Virus record (IMG/VR): IMGVR_UViG_3300045988_176929
DNA: 54,964 bases
Origin: a virus
Direction: 5' to 3' (one strand)
Both the position numbers and the translations under genes were made by a program. Shown in pieces: positions 33,893 to 44,152 of the stretch. The notes under the pieces were generated by a model. That model ran no database searches, was not told the DNA's origin, and saw only the letters and a program-made list of their open reading frames with translations. The first letter of the stretch is position 1, and each line of letters begins with the position of its first letter.

Positions 33893-34888
33893 ATGCAGGA
33901 AATAAAGGAAGGGAAGCCATTTGTATATGAATGTGGTGGAAAAGAATTAGCCAAGGTTTTATATTATTATGGTTATGTTCCTGACGTTTCCTCTAGTGAA
34001 TACAAAATAGTTTGTCCTTTTCATGGTGACGTTAATCCAAGTATGATGGTTGACTTAGAGAAAGGTACATTCTTCTGTTTTGGTTGCAATGCTTCTGGTG
34101 ATGCTTTTCGATTTGTTGAATTGATGAATAAGAAGCTTAATACATTACAAGTAATGTTGAAGTTTTTAAAAATTTTAAAATCCGACAAGGTAAGTAAGAT
34201 AGATTTTTCTAAACGTAGAAGAAAAACAAAAAAGGAAAGCCAAGAGCTTTATAATATTGCACATGATTACTATTATGGATTATCAAAAGTTGACTGGGTT
34301 AAAGATAAATCTACTGATGTTGTTGAATCAAAGAAGTATATGAGGAAACGTGGGTTTACACCTAGAACTTTAAATGAAGTTGGAGCAAAGATAACATATA
34401 ATAGGCAGTATCAAATAATTTTTCCAATGTATGACAATGATACTTTTAAAGGTTGGGTTTGTAGAACAACACTTCCTGAGGTTGAGAAGAAACGTAAATA
34501 CTTATATAATGAAGGATTTATGAGAAGAAATACATTGGTTGGAAATTATGAAGGCTGGGAATTTGTGTTTGTTGTTGAAGGATACATGGATAGACTTAAA
34601 TTTATCCAATATGGAGTTCCTAATGTTGTGGCAATTCTAGGTTGGAAAATGTCAAAGGAGCAGGAATCAAAATTAAAGAAAGCTGGTGTTAAATACATCA
34701 TAAGTGCTTTGGATAATGATGAATGTGGAAGAAAAGGAACGGAGTATTTAAAAAATATTTTTAGGAATGTTACCAGATTCTGTTACTTAAAAGGTATAAA
34801 GGATCCTGGGGAAATGTCAGAAGATCTTTTTAATAGGATGTATGATAAAACAATAAGTAAATACGCACAAGATAGGCGAAAGCGGTAG
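33893..34888 (+). CDS. dnaG: DNA primase (CHC2 zinc finger plus TOPRIM)
   Basis: CPFHGDVNPSMMVDLEKGTFFCFGCNASGDAFRFV; VVEGYMD...ALDNDECGRKG. Confidence 0.9.
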   Translation: MQEIKEGKPFVYECGGKELAKVLYYYGYVPDVSSSEYKIVCPFHGDVNPSMMVDLEKGTFFCFGCNASGDAFRFVELMNKKLNTLQVMLKFLKILKSDKVSKIDFSKRRRKTKKESQELYNIAHDYYYGLSKVDWVKDKSTDVVESKKYMRKRGFTPRTLNEVGAKITYNRQYQIIFPMYDNDTFKGWVCRTTLPEVEKKRKYLYNEGFMRRNTLVGNYEGWEFVFVVEGYMDRLKFIQYGVPNVVAILGWKMSKEQESKLKKAGVKYIISALDNDECGRKGTEYLKNIFRNVTRFCYLKGIKDPGEMSEDLFNRMYDKTISKYAQDRRKR

Positions 34889-35026
34889 TCAATACTTACC
34901 CATAATCAAAGAGTATGATCCTAGACGTTACATTTGCAAAGGCGGTAGCGAATCAGGAAAAGAGATCAAATGGTATGAGGGTCAAAGACAATTAATCCGT
35001 AGCCTGGTAGTTGCATTGGAAAGGAA

Positions 35027-35959
35027 ATGAAAATGGGATTATTAGATAAGATTAAGGCAGATGCCCAGAAGTCAGGGCAGAATAAAGGAAAGTTTATTTT
35101 CTTTAAAGAAGGGGAGAAGAAACGTATTCATTTCTTAAGTGATATGGAAGACGGTATTGAAGTTGTTTTCCATGACAGTTTTGAATTAGGAATAAACGTT
35201 CCATGCCAGGAAATTTTTGGAAGGGAATGTCCTTATTGTGAAGAGGATGGTTTAAGAACCCGTTCCCAATATGCTTGGTTTGTTTGGGATTATGAAGCAA
35301 AAGAAGTTAAGATTTTTATGTTCCCGATGAATAACTGTTCCCCGTTAGGTGCTATTGCTGCAATGTATGAAACATATCACACATTACTTGATCGTGATTA
35401 TGTTATCAGTGTTCATGGTAAGCAGCAGAACAAGACTTACTCTGTTGTACCTATGGATAAGAATAAGTTTAGGAATGAAAAGGCAAAGCCATTATCGAAA
35501 CAGAAGTTCTTAGACATTTTGGATAAGGCATATCCTGATGAATTGTCAAAGTCTAAGAATGATGATGATGAAAAACCTAAGAAGTCAAAGAAGATAAAAG
35601 AGGAACCTGAAGAGCAGGATTATTCTGAAATGTCAGCAAAGGAGTTATATAACCTTTGTGAGGATCGTGGCATTGAAGCTGAACCAAAAATGAAACCAAA
35701 GTATTATATTGATTTATTGGAAGAGTATGATGAGGAAAATGATTCAGACGATGATTGGGATGAGGATAATAGTTCTGATGAGGAAGATTACTCTGATATG
35801 AGTGCAAAAGAGTTATTCAATCTTTGTAAAAAACGGGATATTGAAGCTCTTCCGAAGAAGCCTGAAAAGTACTACATCAATCTTCTTAAAGAGAATGATA
35901 AGGCCCATGATGATTGGGAAGAGGATGATGAAGATTCAGACGATGATTGGGATGAGTAG
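35027..35959 (+). CDS. Putative ssDNA-binding protein with a Zn site, two HeH repeats and an acidic DDDWDE tail
   Basis: CQEIFGRECPYCEE; YSEMSAKELYNLCEDRGIEA and YSDMSAKELFNLCKKRDIEA; the true start may be ATG 35033. Confidence 0.5.
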   Translation: MKMGLLDKIKADAQKSGQNKGKFIFFKEGEKKRIHFLSDMEDGIEVVFHDSFELGINVPCQEIFGRECPYCEEDGLRTRSQYAWFVWDYEAKEVKIFMFPMNNCSPLGAIAAMYETYHTLLDRDYVISVHGKQQNKTYSVVPMDKNKFRNEKAKPLSKQKFLDILDKAYPDELSKSKNDDDEKPKKSKKIKEEPEEQDYSEMSAKELYNLCEDRGIEAEPKMKPKYYIDLLEEYDEENDSDDDWDEDNSSDEEDYSDMSAKELFNLCKKRDIEALPKKPEKYYINLLKENDKAHDDWEEDDEDSDDDWDE

Positions 35960-36013
35960 ACAAATTGGGGAGACATAGTTCTTCCCATTTGAATTTTATT
36001 GGAGGTTGAAGAA

Positions 36014-36520
36014 ATGAAGAAAAACATTGTAGTGTTTGGTTGTGATAATACAGGCAAGACTACACTTGCACAAAAGATTGCTTTTAAATTAGGAAGTCAA
36101 TATGTAAAAAGTTTAGGACCTAATAGAACAAAGAATGAACAGTTAGATTTCATGTTTGAAAATTTAAACTCTGACGGTATAAAGGTATTTGATCGTTTCC
36201 CGATAATTGAGGAGAGTACAAGTGGTGTTGTTTTAAGAGGCCATGATAATTTCCAAACGTGGCGTGAGCAGGAAATGGATTTGCTTAGCAAAGTTGATGT
36301 TTTTATTTTCTGTAATCCTGGTTTATTTAACACATTAAATTGGGGTGAACGGGAACAACTTGTAGGTGTAAAAGATCATGCACTGGAGTTAATCAATAAG
36401 TATAATGAAATTGCAGTTCTTTTGCAGCAGTATCATCATAATGTAATTGAGTATAATTATATAATTGATCCTATTGGAAATTTTTTTATTAGTGATTTAA
36501 AAGTTAAATTGGGGGTATAA
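36014..36520 (+). CDS. P-loop NTPase (deoxynucleotide kinase-like)
   Basis: VFGCDNTGKTTLAQ Walker A; about 170 aa; ATG after GGAGG. Confidence 0.45.
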   Translation: MKKNIVVFGCDNTGKTTLAQKIAFKLGSQYVKSLGPNRTKNEQLDFMFENLNSDGIKVFDRFPIIEESTSGVVLRGHDNFQTWREQEMDLLSKVDVFIFCNPGLFNTLNWGEREQLVGVKDHALELINKYNEIAVLLQQYHHNVIEYNYIIDPIGNFFISDLKVKLGV

Positions 36521-36524
36521 CGGA

Positions 36525-37169
36525 ATGAATATTACTCATGCGGTTGAAGAAAAAATTGAAGGTGACAAGTTAGAAGCAATATTTGAAAGACAAAAAAGTT
36601 TAATGTTTAAGTACCATGATATTGAAAAGAAAAGTGGTTTACTACAAACAGAAGATTGTCCTGTTAATCTTGATGATAAAAGAGGCCAGGCAAGAATTAA
36701 GGATTTCTCATGGAGGGTAATGGAAGAAGTTGGGGAAGCACTTGATGCAAGAGAAGATGGGGACCGGGAACATTTTTGTGAAGAATTGATTGATGGTTTA
36801 CATTTTCTTACTGAATTAACAATTCTTGCAGGATATGAACCGAAAGATATTTGTTGGGAAGAACCGAATCAGATGGATATGCTTGATTACATGGTTATGA
36901 ATGTTGAGGATGTTATGGAGTGTATTAATATTAGCAATTATGTTGCAAACTTAGTAATGGATTTGGGTATGATGTGTAACTGCTTGAAGAATAAACCATG
37001 GAAGCAGACAAACATGATTACCGATAAGGAACATTTCCACAATAAACTTTGTTGTGTTTGGAATGATTACATTCATCTTTTAAGTACAGAAATGAACGCA
37101 AATGAAATTGCAATGGTTTACTTAAAGAAGTCACAGGTAAATAAGTTTAGACAGAGGTCGGGATATTGA
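36525..37169 (+). CDS. All-alpha NTP pyrophosphohydrolase (MazG / dimeric dUTPase-like)
   Basis: EEVGEALDA and EELIDGLHFL acidic helices, plus NKPWKQ. Confidence 0.5.
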   Translation: MNITHAVEEKIEGDKLEAIFERQKSLMFKYHDIEKKSGLLQTEDCPVNLDDKRGQARIKDFSWRVMEEVGEALDAREDGDREHFCEELIDGLHFLTELTILAGYEPKDICWEEPNQMDMLDYMVMNVEDVMECINISNYVANLVMDLGMMCNCLKNKPWKQTNMITDKEHFHNKLCCVWNDYIHLLSTEMNANEIAMVYLKKSQVNKFRQRSGY

Positions 37170-37930
37170 AGGTAAGGAAGTATAAAGATTTTGATGAAAT
37201 GTTTTTAAAACTTAATCAGGAAATAGTAACTAATCCTTGGGAAATGTTAGATTACTCTAACGGTATATTAGGTTACATGGATAATGTTTTTATTGCTTGT
37301 AAGAATTGGAATTGTAATTTAGATTTAGGTAAGTTTGGTTATAAAAAGAACAAATGGCCACACTTGCTTAAAACATATATTAATTATGATGAGTTACTTA
37401 AATTCCATGAAAGACTTGCAACAGCTTCTGGTTTAAGTTTGACATTTTATTTTAATCAAAAGAAAATTAACAATGGATCTTGCTTGTTAGAAATTGTTTT
37501 GTCAAGAAAGGATAGAACAAAGAAGTGGGATAAATGTAATGTTATTTACAGAACAACAGAAACACAAAGAAGAATGGCTGCTGATCTTTGTTTAATAAAT
37601 AGTTTTATAAGGGAGTTACCTGAATGTTGTGAAATTGAAAGGGTTACATTTTATATGGCTCAATCATATATTTCTGCAATGGTTATAAATGGTTACTTTG
37701 ACTATTTTGGGGTTGATATGAGTACCCTTGATAAAACACATCCTTGGATAAAGAATTTGGTTAATCAACATGACCACAATTTTGTTCCTGGGGCAAGAAT
37801 TACAACTTATCAATCAATGGCAAAGATGCAAAAGTTAGCATTAGGAATGGATGATTGTCCACCAATGTTGTGTAAGGATTTATCAATAAAAGAATTTTTT
37901 GAAAGTAGAATTAAGAAGGGAGCAAAATAA
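37166..37930 (+). CDS. Divergent thymidylate-synthase-fold protein lacking the canonical H..Y end motif
   Basis: GSCLLEIVL...CNVIYRTTETQRR...LINSFI...RVTFYMAQSYI aligns in order with the TS core PC..QF / QRS.D / N / H.Y. Confidence 0.4.
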   Translation: MKVRKYKDFDEMFLKLNQEIVTNPWEMLDYSNGILGYMDNVFIACKNWNCNLDLGKFGYKKNKWPHLLKTYINYDELLKFHERLATASGLSLTFYFNQKKINNGSCLLEIVLSRKDRTKKWDKCNVIYRTTETQRRMAADLCLINSFIRELPECCEIERVTFYMAQSYISAMVINGYFDYFGVDMSTLDKTHPWIKNLVNQHDHNFVPGARITTYQSMAKMQKLALGMDDCPPMLCKDLSIKEFFESRIKKGAK

Positions 37931-38656
37931 ATGAGAATCTATATGAACTGGGCGGAAGCATACGAGGAGATTAAAAGGGATCTTGCTGAAATGGGTATTC
38001 TTGTAAAACCTAAAACGATGCAGGATAAGGTTGTAGAAGGAAACCCTGATTATGAAACAATGGAGTTGCAGAATTATTGCTATACAATTCTTAATGCAAA
38101 ATCCAAAGATATTACTGGGGTAATTCAACCTTGGGCTGATGCAGAATTTATGGAAAGAATTTGCAATCCGTTTGCATCAAAAGAATTTACAGGCTGTCTT
38201 GATAAACCCGAATTTATTAATCCTGGGGAAGCATGGAAGTTAAGAAAAGATGTCTGGACTGAGTATATGCATGATGGTAAAATGGCTTATACTTACAATG
38301 AAAGAATCTGGCGTAATGAACAGCTTACAAAAATTATTGAAAGATTAAAGCAGGACCATGATTCAAGACAGTTATGGTTGAGTATCTGGGATCCTAATGA
38401 GGATGTTGATAAGCTAGGTGGTGTTTCCCGTGTTCCTTGTTCATTAGGTTATAATTTCCAATTCAGGGATGGTAAACTTAACATTCACTATGTTATGCGT
38501 AGCTGTGATTTCAATACACACTTTATTAATGATGTGTACTTAGGAATTAAACTTTTGGAATATGTTGCTGATAAATGTGGAATGGAAGTAGGTAATTTCA
38601 CCCATACAATGTTCTCCTTGCACGTTTATAAAAAAGACGTTGCAAATGTGTTTTAA
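37931..38656 (+). CDS. Thymidylate synthase-like pyrimidine C5 transferase (ThyA family, C-terminally short)
   Basis: DSRQLWLSIWDP...VPCSLGYNFQFRDGKLNIHYVMRSCDFNTHFINDVY...FSLHVY parallels ThyA DSRR..WN..PCH..QF..QRSCD..PFN..THLY. Confidence 0.7.
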   Translation: MRIYMNWAEAYEEIKRDLAEMGILVKPKTMQDKVVEGNPDYETMELQNYCYTILNAKSKDITGVIQPWADAEFMERICNPFASKEFTGCLDKPEFINPGEAWKLRKDVWTEYMHDGKMAYTYNERIWRNEQLTKIIERLKQDHDSRQLWLSIWDPNEDVDKLGGVSRVPCSLGYNFQFRDGKLNIHYVMRSCDFNTHFINDVYLGIKLLEYVADKCGMEVGNFTHTMFSLHVYKKDVANVF

Positions 38657-38736
38657 GTATGTTATAATTAAATAAAACGAATAGGATAGGATGGTTTAAT
38701 ACCATCCTTCCTTAGTATTAAAAGGAGGACAAAGAA

Positions 38737-41484
38737 ATGCTTGATTTGCACCGCCATGATGAATATTCTACATTTGATGGATTTGGGAAAGCAACGGAGT
38801 TAGCAAAGTTAGCAAAGGAATTAGGTCATACTGCATTAGGTATTTCAAACCATGGAAATACAAATGGTTTAGTTCAACATTATTTAGCTTGTAAGGATGT
38901 GGATATTAAACCCGTATTAGGAGTTGAAGGTTATTTCCTGCCTACATACAAAGAACAAAATAGAGGTTACCATTTATGTTTGTTTGCTAAAAATCATAAG
39001 GGTTATAGGAATATAAATATAATTCAGTATGAAGGTGAAAAACAAAAGTATTACAATCCGATATGGACTTTTGAATTGTTAGAAAAATACCATGAAGGAG
39101 TTATTTGTACTTCTGCTTGTATTGCAGGATATTTAGCACAATGCTTAAAGGATGATAAAATAAAACTTGCTGAAAAGTTTGTTAAAAAAATGGTTAGTAT
39201 TTTTGGTGATGATTTTTATATTGAAATACAACCATATAAAATTTCTGAAAAGGGTTTGCAAGAAAGTGTTAATGTTAAAGCAATTAAACTTGCAAAGAAA
39301 ATGAATGTTAAGTGTATTATGACATCTGATAGTCATAGAGGTGCTAAGGATGATTTTGATACTTATTTGAAAATGCATGAAATAGCAGGGCATGATCTTG
39401 AACATATTGAAGAGACATACAAAGAACGTTATATGCCAACAGAGGAAGAGTTCATTAGTAGATTTGTCAAGATGCATAAAAATGATTTTGGAAATGAAAC
39501 AAGAAAGATTGCTTTGAAAATGATTTCAAACCTTGATGAAATTGAAGAAAAGGTTGATGATGATATTTTTAAAGATCTGGAAGAATTACTTCCAAAGTTT
39601 AGTTCTGATTCGGATGCATTAATCAAAAAGAAAATTAAAGAGGGATTGGAGAGTAAAGGTAAATGGACTAAGAAACATCCTGAAACTGGATTAAATTATA
39701 TTCAGCGTGTTAAGGATGAGTACCATGTAATTAACACGTTAGGATTCCATGATTACTTCCTTATTGTTGCAGATTATGTTAATTGGGCAAAATCAAATGG
39801 CATTAATGTAGGACCAGGAAGAGGATCATGTTGTAATTGTTTGATTGCTTATGCATTAGGTATCACAGAAGTTGATAGTTTGTTGTTCGGTTTGGATTTT
39901 AGAAGATTCTTACGTGAAGATAAAAAGAAACTTCCTGATATTGATATGGACTTTGAAACATCAAGAAGGCATGAGGTGATTGAATATGTTATTAACAAAT
40001 ACAAAGGAAAGACTGCACGTATTGCTTCATATGGTTTGTATAAGGTTGATAACTTAATTAATGATCTTGCAAAGGTTTGTGGTTTGCCAACTGATAAGGA
40101 AGTTGATGAGGAAGAGGTTAAGCAAAACAAAGCAGAGATTGCAAAAATTAAATCATTGTGTAATAGATATATTGATGAAAATGCAAACTTAGATAAAGCA
40201 GGTTTGTTATCTGATAGTGAAACTATTATGTATAATAAACAGTATGATAACATACTTAAACATTTTTCTAAATTGTATTTTAAAATGAGGTTTATTGGAA
40301 CTCATGCAGCTGGTGTTGCTGTTACTGGGGGAGATATTCTTGATTATACTTCATTAAGAATTGATAAGAATGGGGATATATATACAAACTATGATCTGAA
40401 CGATATGGAGAATATTCATGTTATTAAGTTTGATATGTTAGGCCTTGGAACAATGGAGGAAATTGGGGAGTTAAGAGAATCAACTGGAATTAGAGTTGTT
40501 TATGATGAAGTTGCAAAAGATAAAAAGGTAATTGAACAATTTGGCTTAGGAAATACAAATGGTATTTTCCAGTTTGATAAAAAAGCTGCAAGAGATATTC
40601 TTGTTAATATTGGAACGGATTGTTTTGATGATATAGTTGCAGCAAATGCTATGAACAGGCCTGGGCCTTTAAGTTTGAAAATGCCACAAGCATATGCAAA
40701 AAATAAAAAGGATATTGAAGAATCAAGAAAAAGTTTATATTATAAGTATACAAAGGAATCTTATGGAACTGTTATATATCAGGAACAGATTCAGCAAATA
40801 TGTGTTTATATAGGTGGTATGACATGGGGTGATGCAGATAAAGTAATGAAAATGATTGGTGGACAATCACAATCTGCTGATGCCGTTGCTGAATTTGAAA
40901 AGAATAAAAAAGAACTGCATGATAAGTTTGTAAGTGGTGCAATGAAAAATGGATTGACTAAAAAGCAAGCAGAAGAAATGTTTGAGGTTATGTTGGTTTA
41001 TTCATTTAACAAAGGCCATGCTTGTGGATATTCCCTTGTATCTGTTGAAGAAATGTTTTATAAGGTTTATTATCCAATTCAATTTTGGTTTGGGAAAATT
41101 AAGTATGCACCAAACGAAGATATGTATGACAAGTATTGCAGTTATGCTTCCAAAGATGGTTGTGTTATTTTCTTACCACATATTAATTATTCAGATGTTA
41201 AAACAAAGATTAGAAAAGTTGATGGGGAATATTGTTTACAACGTGGTATTTCAGAAATAAAAGGTGTAGGTGAAAAAGCTGCAGTTGAAATTGTGGCTGA
41301 AAGAAAACGGCATGGAATATTTACTTCATATGATAACTTCTATGATCGTTGTAAATCAAGAGTTGTTAATTTGCGTGTACTTAAAATAATAAAGGAACAA
41401 GGTGCTGGTGAATTTAATAAAAAGACTTATATAAGTCGTGTAACAAAATATAACAGTGCATTGCTTAGTAGAACTATTAAGTAG
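38737..41484 (+). CDS. dnaE: DNA polymerase III alpha subunit (PHP plus polymerase core)
   Basis: LDLHRHDEYSTFDG PHP motif; FHDYFLIVADYV..GPGRGS..LIAYALGIT; PDIDMDF. Confidence 0.9.
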   Translation: MLDLHRHDEYSTFDGFGKATELAKLAKELGHTALGISNHGNTNGLVQHYLACKDVDIKPVLGVEGYFLPTYKEQNRGYHLCLFAKNHKGYRNINIIQYEGEKQKYYNPIWTFELLEKYHEGVICTSACIAGYLAQCLKDDKIKLAEKFVKKMVSIFGDDFYIEIQPYKISEKGLQESVNVKAIKLAKKMNVKCIMTSDSHRGAKDDFDTYLKMHEIAGHDLEHIEETYKERYMPTEEEFISRFVKMHKNDFGNETRKIALKMISNLDEIEEKVDDDIFKDLEELLPKFSSDSDALIKKKIKEGLESKGKWTKKHPETGLNYIQRVKDEYHVINTLGFHDYFLIVADYVNWAKSNGINVGPGRGSCCNCLIAYALGITEVDSLLFGLDFRRFLREDKKKLPDIDMDFETSRRHEVIEYVINKYKGKTARIASYGLYKVDNLINDLAKVCGLPTDKEVDEEEVKQNKAEIAKIKSLCNRYIDENANLDKAGLLSDSETIMYNKQYDNILKHFSKLYFKMRFIGTHAAGVAVTGGDILDYTSLRIDKNGDIYTNYDLNDMENIHVIKFDMLGLGTMEEIGELRESTGIRVVYDEVAKDKKVIEQFGLGNTNGIFQFDKKAARDILVNIGTDCFDDIVAANAMNRPGPLSLKMPQAYAKNKKDIEESRKSLYYKYTKESYGTVIYQEQIQQICVYIGGMTWGDADKVMKMIGGQSQSADAVAEFEKNKKELHDKFVSGAMKNGLTKKQAEEMFEVMLVYSFNKGHACGYSLVSVEEMFYKVYYPIQFWFGKIKYAPNEDMYDKYCSYASKDGCVIFLPHINYSDVKTKIRKVDGEYCLQRGISEIKGVGEKAAVEIVAERKRHGIFTSYDNFYDRCKSRVVNLRVLKIIKEQGAGEFNKKTYISRVTKYNSALLSRTIK

Positions 41485-41492
41485 GAGGTACT

Positions 41493-41738
41493 ATGTTAAA
41501 GCTGATAAAACTTTGGAGTGTTCATTACCAAACTTTAGAACGTGGGGAAGCAAAAGCTTTGTTTTACACTTATGTTAATAAAGATCAAGAATTAACACTT
41601 TATATTATTAAGAATAAATTAATGGGTATTAATAGGAAAGTTAGTAAGCTTGAGGGTAATGATTACTTCAAAGAAATATTAGCTAATTATAGAAATGTTA
41701 AGGTTAATAAAATAATTGATGAAACTTTAGAAAAATAA
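41493..41738 (+). CDS. Hypothetical protein
   Basis: 81 aa, AGGAGG RBS. Confidence 0.5.
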   Translation: MLKLIKLWSVHYQTLERGEAKALFYTYVNKDQELTLYIIKNKLMGINRKVSKLEGNDYFKEILANYRNVKVNKIIDETLEK

Positions 41739-41741
41739 TTG

Positions 41742-41770
41742 TTTACAAAAAGAAATAAATGTGGTATAAT
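41742..41770 (+). promoter_or_regulatory. Sigma-A-like promoter
   Basis: TTTACA, 17-nt spacer, TGgTATAAT. Confidence 0.55.
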
Positions 41771-41803
41771 ATAAATAAATAAAAAACCGAGGAGGTATTA
41801 AAA

Positions 41804-42055
41804 ATGATTGAAGTAAAAGACCATCCTGAAATGGAGGAATATTTGATGGTTGAACGTGCAAAAAGAAATATGTCAAAATTTGAGGAAAGTGAAATTAAAA
41901 CAAGGATTTCTGCAATGGAAAAGGAAGAGCTTGTATTTGCAATTAAATACTTTCCTACTGAGGTTATTCAGAATGAATTGACAAGACGTATGCAAAAAGC
42001 AAAAAGACTTGATGCAAAGATCAAGGAATTATACAAGGAGGCTCAGGAAGTATGA
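41804..42055 (+). CDS. Hypothetical protein
   Basis: 83 aa, GAGGAGG RBS. Confidence 0.55.
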   Translation: MIEVKDHPEMEEYLMVERAKRNMSKFEESEIKTRISAMEKEELVFAIKYFPTEVIQNELTRRMQKAKRLDAKIKELYKEAQEV

Positions 42056-42498
42056 GGATGTGGCATAAAAGTTTAATTGATGTTTTACCAGATAAACAGT
42101 TGATTGCACAGTGGAGAGAGTTATGTGCAATAGTTGGTAGCATTAAAAAGAATGGTACCCCAAACCATTTACTTGTTAATAAAGTAATGTGGTATAATAA
42201 ATCTCACTTCTATAATTATTGCTGTTTAGTTTGTAATGAAATGTTTAACAGAGGATTTGAGCCAACAGACGAATCAAGGAATAAGATTTTGGAATATGTT
42301 AGTGATGAAGAGAGGCAGGTAGGATCCTCAATCAGTATTGTAGAATTATATCAATCCTGGATGAATGATCGTTACCTGCTTCAGTGTTTTTATAATCTTC
42401 AAGAGAAATTTGATTGTGGGGGTATTGATCCTAATGAATGGAAGTGGATTGTTGAAAAAGTAAAAAAACAAGGATTTGAGTGGGAGGTAAAGCTTTGA
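42052..42498 (+). CDS. Pyrimidine-dimer DNA glycosylase-like protein (TIGR02328-like)
   Basis: MRMWHKSLIDVLPDKQLIAQWRELCAI N-terminus is typical of that family. Confidence 0.5.
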   Translation: MRMWHKSLIDVLPDKQLIAQWRELCAIVGSIKKNGTPNHLLVNKVMWYNKSHFYNYCCLVCNEMFNRGFEPTDESRNKILEYVSDEERQVGSSISIVELYQSWMNDRYLLQCFYNLQEKFDCGGIDPNEWKWIVEKVKKQGFEWEVKL

Positions 42499-42662
42499 TG
42501 TATATGAAAGATATAATTGATATGAACCGAAATGAATTGTTAAATGAAGCAGGTTTATTTATGTTGATTTTTGAAAACAAATATCTTGGTATTACTTATG
42601 ATATTGAAGATGGAAGAGTTTCAAGAAGTTATAAAAATATAATGGAAGAGGTGTGTGTTTAA
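42498..42662 (+). CDS. Small hypothetical protein
   Basis: ATG 10 nt after GGGAGG. Confidence 0.4.
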   Translation: MYMKDIIDMNRNELLNEAGLFMLIFENKYLGITYDIEDGRVSRSYKNIMEEVCV

Positions 42663-43609
42663 TGCCAAAAACAAATAAGGAAGGAATTATCAAATTATGT
42701 AATGAAATAAATAAAAAGGAAGGGGAGGGATCTATTTATACAATAGGTTCAAAACATTCTAATTTAAAAATAAATAGATTTTCAACAGGAATAGAAGATC
42801 TTGATAAAATTATTGGGGGTGGTATTCCAGAAGGAAGGGTTGTTGAAATATTTGGACCAGAAGGGTCTGGGAAAACAACGTTGCTTTATCATTTATGTGG
42901 ATTGCAGGATATTTGTTTAGATATTCCAATTGAAGGGACGTTTGATTCCGAACGTGCTAAGATATTTGGCAATAGACCGAAACAGATGTTGGTATATCGT
43001 GCAAAATATGGGGAAGATGCTTTTAATAAAACAATCAAGTTTGCAAAACTAGGAACACCTTTGATTGGTATTGATTCTGTCCCATCAATGGTTCCTAAGG
43101 AAGATGTTGAAAAGGTTATGAAATCCGCTGATAAGGATTCTATTGAGGAACAAAGAATTGGTGGTGTTGCTAGGTTAATGAATAAGTACTTACCACCTAT
43201 TGAGGAAATAATTGAAGTGACAGGAACAACGATTATATTTGTTAACCAGGTACGTGATAAAATGCAAGCAATGTTATTCGGGGATAAAACTGATACTCCT
43301 GGTGGTAGAAAATTAAAACATGCTTGTTCATTAAGAATACAGGTTGCAAGAAGGGATTGGATTAAAATTCCAAACAAAAACCCAGCCAATTCTGCAAAGG
43401 ATGAAGTGATTGGTTTTATTATGAAGTGTAAAGTTGTAAAATCAAAGGTATGTAATCCATTAGGTGAATGTGAAATTCCATGCTTCTTTGATCGTGGTTT
43501 TGTTTCTTATGAGGATGTTGATTCAATCCGTAAGGAGATAATGAAGAAGCGTGCTGAAGAGTTTGGTAAACGTGTTCCAAAAGAATTTATGGAGGATGAA
43601 GACGAATGA
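42662..43609 (+). CDS. recA: RecA-family recombinase
   Basis: EIFGPEGSGKTTL Walker A; FVNQVRDKM..TPGGRKLKHACSLRIQVAR parallels RecA. Confidence 0.8.
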   Translation: MPKTNKEGIIKLCNEINKKEGEGSIYTIGSKHSNLKINRFSTGIEDLDKIIGGGIPEGRVVEIFGPEGSGKTTLLYHLCGLQDICLDIPIEGTFDSERAKIFGNRPKQMLVYRAKYGEDAFNKTIKFAKLGTPLIGIDSVPSMVPKEDVEKVMKSADKDSIEEQRIGGVARLMNKYLPPIEEIIEVTGTTIIFVNQVRDKMQAMLFGDKTDTPGGRKLKHACSLRIQVARRDWIKIPNKNPANSAKDEVIGFIMKCKVVKSKVCNPLGECEIPCFFDRGFVSYEDVDSIRKEIMKKRAEEFGKRVPKEFMEDEDE

Positions 43610-43749
43610 TATTTTTGAGATGTGATAAAGAAGAGTGTAAGAATAATTATTACAATGCAGATGCTGATGATACATTCTGTGGATTAACATATGGAAGTAT
43701 TGCAGATGGCAAATGTGAAGATTTTGAGGAGAAAGAAAGTGAAGATTAG
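43606..43749 (+). CDS. Small Cys-rich acidic protein (47 aa)
   Basis: ATGA overlap with the recA stop; below the ORF-track cutoff. Confidence 0.35.
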   Translation: MIFLRCDKEECKNNYYNADADDTFCGLTYGSIADGKCEDFEEKESED

Positions 43750-44089
43750 TGCTAAAGTTATTATTTTAGGAAGTTCCTGGGATGTTAAGCTAAGAAGTAA
43801 AAAAGAAGATGAGTATTTAGTAAATGCAGACGGATATTGTGATAAGACTATGAACTTAATTGTTGTTAAAACAAATGATGAAAATGATTCTCTTGGAAAT
43901 TGGGAAGAGTATATGAGAAAAGTTTTAAGGCATGAGTTGATTCATGCATTCTTATTTGAATCTGGTTTACATGAGGAATTTATGCACCCAGGAAGAGGGC
44001 ATGATGAAGCATATGTTGATTGGTTTGCTGTTCAAATGCTAAAAATAAAAACTGCTTACGATTGTGTATTGGCACAATTAGAATTATAG
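43691..44089 (+). CDS. HExxH zinc-metallopeptidase-like protein (SprT-like), paralog B
   Basis: VLRHELIHAFLFESG; the start may be internal (GTG near 43739 after GAGGAG). Confidence 0.55.
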   Translation: MEVLQMANVKILRRKKVKISAKVIILGSSWDVKLRSKKEDEYLVNADGYCDKTMNLIVVKTNDENDSLGNWEEYMRKVLRHELIHAFLFESGLHEEFMHPGRGHDEAYVDWFAVQMLKIKTAYDCVLAQLEL

Positions 44090-44152
44090 TGGTATGATGA
44101 GAAGGAGGAAAGTGAAGATGACGTGTTATAATTTTATTAATCAAGTAAAAAA

